The notes under the pieces are model-generated. The model did no database searches, had not been told where the DNA came from, and saw only the letters and a program-made list of their open reading frames with translations. The position numbers were made by a program, and so were the translations under genes. A stretch of DNA of 61,091 bases from a virus (lineage: Duplodnaviria; Caudoviricetes). The DNA lies in the IMG/VR virus record IMGVR_UViG_3300015360_000046, positions 1 through 61,091 of that record; one strand, 5' to 3'. Within the stretch, counting starts at the first letter, position 1; every line of letters begins with the position of its first letter. Shown here piece by piece: positions 58,609 to 61,091 of this stretch.

Positions 58609-59112
58609 ATGATTATCAATCGGAAATGGATGGAACGTCATGATGCGTGCAATAACGGCAAAGAATGGTTTCTCGCTCAGAGAATTACAGAGCCAGTCGC
58701 TGGAATTATAAACCTGATTCAACACGACAAAATAGAGTGGGCAAATTGGCTCATCTTGCGTGTGATGACCAAACACCAGTGCTTGGCCTATAAGATATTT
58801 TCAGCTGAGCAAGTGCTACCTATTTATGAGGCAAAATATCCAAAAGATCTACTGTCGCGCAAGGCTCTTGATGCTGCAAAGGCTGTATTGGTGAATGATA
58901 CGGAGAAGACAAGAAGGGCAGCCGCCGCCTACATTGCCTACGCCAACTACGCATCATCCACTTACGCCGCCGACCCCGTAGCCGACTACGCATGGCACGC
59001 CGCCTACGATTACGTCTACGCCCACACCGCAGCCGCCGCCATCAACGCCAAAAAACAGATGCACCTTAAAATCCTGAACTATGGGGTGAGTTTATTGGAG
59101 GCTAAATCGTGA
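58609..59112 (+). CDS. Imm5-like phage protein with Ala/Tyr low-complexity tract
   Basis: AC..G.EWF, WANWL, AEQVL.IYE..YP.D...R.A..AA, then A/Y/D repeats. Confidence 0.6.
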   Translation: MIINRKWMERHDACNNGKEWFLAQRITEPVAGIINLIQHDKIEWANWLILRVMTKHQCLAYKIFSAEQVLPIYEAKYPKDLLSRKALDAAKAVLVNDTEKTRRAAAAYIAYANYASSTYAADPVADYAWHAAYDYVYAHTAAAAINAKKQMHLKILNYGVSLLEAKS

Positions 59113-59118
59113 AGTAGC

Positions 59119-59222
59119 TAGACAATCTTATCTACTTAGAACAATTGTCTACTAAGAACAATCACACGTCTAATTATAATTGTTTTGGTGAACATCCAAA
59201 GCATATATGTTAGAACAATTAC
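59119..59222 (+). repeat. Intergenic repeats: TCTACT(T/A)AGAACAAT x2 (17-bp period), third TAGAACAAT, plus a degenerate cassette half
   Basis: 59131-59145, 59148-59162, ~59211; TAGACA-ATCTTATCTACT at 59119. Confidence 0.55.
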
Positions 59223-59736
59223 ATAAACAAAGGAAGAATCAAATGGAAACTAAAGAATGCTCACACCCGCAAGGGAAGTTCATTAGATGCAAAGATGGAG
59301 CTTCATTCTATGTGTGCGTAGATTGTACAGAGGAGTACCTAGAATATGAAGATACTGGTTGTGGTGGCTGATAGTGTATAAACCTAATCATAACACTTAG
59401 GATATGAAGATCGATAGAATGAAATGAAATAATTCATGTAAGAAGATAAGTATGTTATGTAGATAACAATGATTTCTATTGATTCTGATCACTTATTCTG
59501 GTATAAGACACTGGATAGATCGCGCACATGCGACGGTAAGGAGGCGTTCATTATGATTGATCAATGCTTTTTTTGTAAGGCGAAACATACAAAATTTCAT
59601 TCAGTGGGTGAATGGATATGTAATATTGATATTTGTTTAGTGTGTTGGAATAGTCTCACTGCCGATAAAACATTTGATGCTGAATTAAAATTACAAGAAC
59701 AATTATATTTAACAATTATTGAGGAGAGAAACGATA

Positions 59737-59871
59737 ATGAAACGAAATGAATTCGGGGTGATTGTATGCGCTTGTGGAGATGAATTAGGGGATCATGAGT
59801 TTGGCCGCGACTATTGTGTCCTGTGTGATTGTAAGCAATATAGACCAAAAGTGGGAAGGCGATATGTTTAA
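59737..59871 (+). CDS. Minimal Cys/His zinc microprotein family member (44 aa, not in ORF track)
   Basis: MKRNEFGVIVCACGDELGDHEFGRDYCVLCDCKQYRPKVGRRYV; SD GAGGAG. Confidence 0.6.
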   Translation: MKRNEFGVIVCACGDELGDHEFGRDYCVLCDCKQYRPKVGRRYV

Positions 59872-60009
59872 GGTATTTGAAGTCCTTTTTGCTATAATTC
59901 TATTCAGTATCTTTCTATTTGTTGAAATTGCACACGCTGCGTTTGAAAGTTTTTTTAAGGAGTAATGCGTGAAAGCCGTTAATCTTAAAATTGCCTGTGG
60001 AGAATTATT

Positions 60010-60936
60010 ATGGAAATTAAGAACTTAAAGATCGGTTTAATATTGATTGGTGGTTCATTGAAGGGCGTATACGGTCATACGGGAATTGTGGCTGCAATTA
60101 GGGATATGGGGATAGAGCCTAAAGTTATCTTAGGTGCTTCAGCAGGCAGTATCATCGGAAGTTTTATGGCAGTTGGATTAGATAATAAGACGATGCTACA
60201 TAAGATGCTTACCCTCACCGCAGATGAATTCCTCGATAAGGTATCTCGTTGGGGTATCTTTAAAGAATTTGTCTTCAATAGGGCTCGTAACTTTAGGGGC
60301 TTTATCACCGGTGATAAGTTAGAAGAGTATGTTCGCATTGGATTGGGTGACAAGGATGACTTTAGCAAAACTGTAATCCCATTCTATGTCGCGGCAACGA
60401 ACCTCAAAACTTATAAAGTTTCCCTATTTAATACTGGAACAATCTCAGATAAGTGTCGTGCAAGCACCGCGATCCCTATGATGTTTTGTCCGAAGAAGAT
60501 TGATGACAACTATTATATTGATGGAGCGTTAGCGAAGGATAAGTTGCCGAAGGCTTTGCTTGCTGTGTTTCCCGATCTAGACTATATTATTGTATCTAAC
60601 TTCAGTCACGAGCAAACCACGGAGGATAACTCCTATTTAGAGAATGACGTGTTCCCTATGGTAGAAATCGTACGTCGCACTATGAGCATTCATGAAAAGT
60701 ATACCTGGCCGAAGAAGATTGGGAAAACAAAAATGATCTATCTTGCCCCTGGCCTTACACAACCAGTAGACATATTTAAGCCGAGTAAAGAGCTGGCACG
60801 TTCAGTGTTTCAAGATTCATACACATACGCTCAATATTATATTGGCCGTTTTTTTAAACACAGTAAACCTAGAAAGAAGAGTGAGGAAAAAAAGATTGAG
60901 CTTCCTCCTATACCACTAAGTGAACCAACCGCTTAA
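60010..60936 (+). CDS. Patatin-like phospholipase
   Basis: GGSLKG Gly loop, GASAG nucleophile, AS.AIP..F, DGA. Confidence 0.88.
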   Translation: MEIKNLKIGLILIGGSLKGVYGHTGIVAAIRDMGIEPKVILGASAGSIIGSFMAVGLDNKTMLHKMLTLTADEFLDKVSRWGIFKEFVFNRARNFRGFITGDKLEEYVRIGLGDKDDFSKTVIPFYVAATNLKTYKVSLFNTGTISDKCRASTAIPMMFCPKKIDDNYYIDGALAKDKLPKALLAVFPDLDYIIVSNFSHEQTTEDNSYLENDVFPMVEIVRRTMSIHEKYTWPKKIGKTKMIYLAPGLTQPVDIFKPSKELARSVFQDSYTYAQYYIGRFFKHSKPRKKSEEKKIELPPIPLSEPTA

Positions 60937-60953
60937 TATTTAGACCTGTGTTG

Positions 60954-61026
60954 TACATGTTTAAGTAGTCTAAAATAGGGCCTAATGGCCCATGTACATT
61001 CTTATCTACTCCTGGTATAATATAGT
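60954..61026 (+). promoter_or_regulatory. Dyad-promoter cassette copy 7
   Basis: GGGCC-TAAT-GGCCC-A-TGTACA-TTCTTATCTACTCCTGG-TATAAT-ATAGT-ATG (61027; ORF runs off the window). Confidence 0.85.
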
Positions 61027-61091
61027 ATGCAAACAGACACACTAACAGGGGGACACACAATGACTACCTACACTCAGAAAGATATTTTGAA

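Noticed and set aside
60010-60936. Patatin as a CBASS effector
   Set aside because: No CD-NTase nearby; the 8968 nucleotidyltransferase is RlaP-like and 51 kb away

Overview
A 61-kb AT-rich segment of a large tailed (myovirus-like) phage genome, read in the standard genetic code, with essentially every credible gene on the + strand. Order: end of a tail/baseplate/tail-fibre module with a DUF5675-type lysis candidate (1-5142); accessory region with MetAP, a secreted collagen-like protein, a Pol-beta nucleotidyltransferase and two tRNAs (Thr-UGU and an odd long-arm Ile-UAU); a probable cytosine-replacement cluster (dNMP kinase-UDG fusion, Asp-type thymidylate-synthase homologue, dimeric dCTP/dUTPase); a folate-biopterin transporter; a PRPS-like/NAMPT-like pair (NARP1-type NAD+ rebuilding); replication and recombination genes (DnaB, split primase, SSB, RecA, split SbcC, SbcD, UDG-PolA with an intein); NusG and sigma-like genes; VWA/MoxR; RNA repair enzymes; patatin. 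Two dispersed patterns stand out. (1) About 13 small Cys/His zinc-scaffold proteins with hypervariable loops, 8 ending in a shared (D/T/N)NL(E/K/R)(Y/F)(L/V/I)E tail. (2) A 7-copy promoter cassette (covarying dyad + TGTACA-17 bp-TATAAT) driving leaderless mRNAs. All calls come from reading motifs by eye; no database searches were run.
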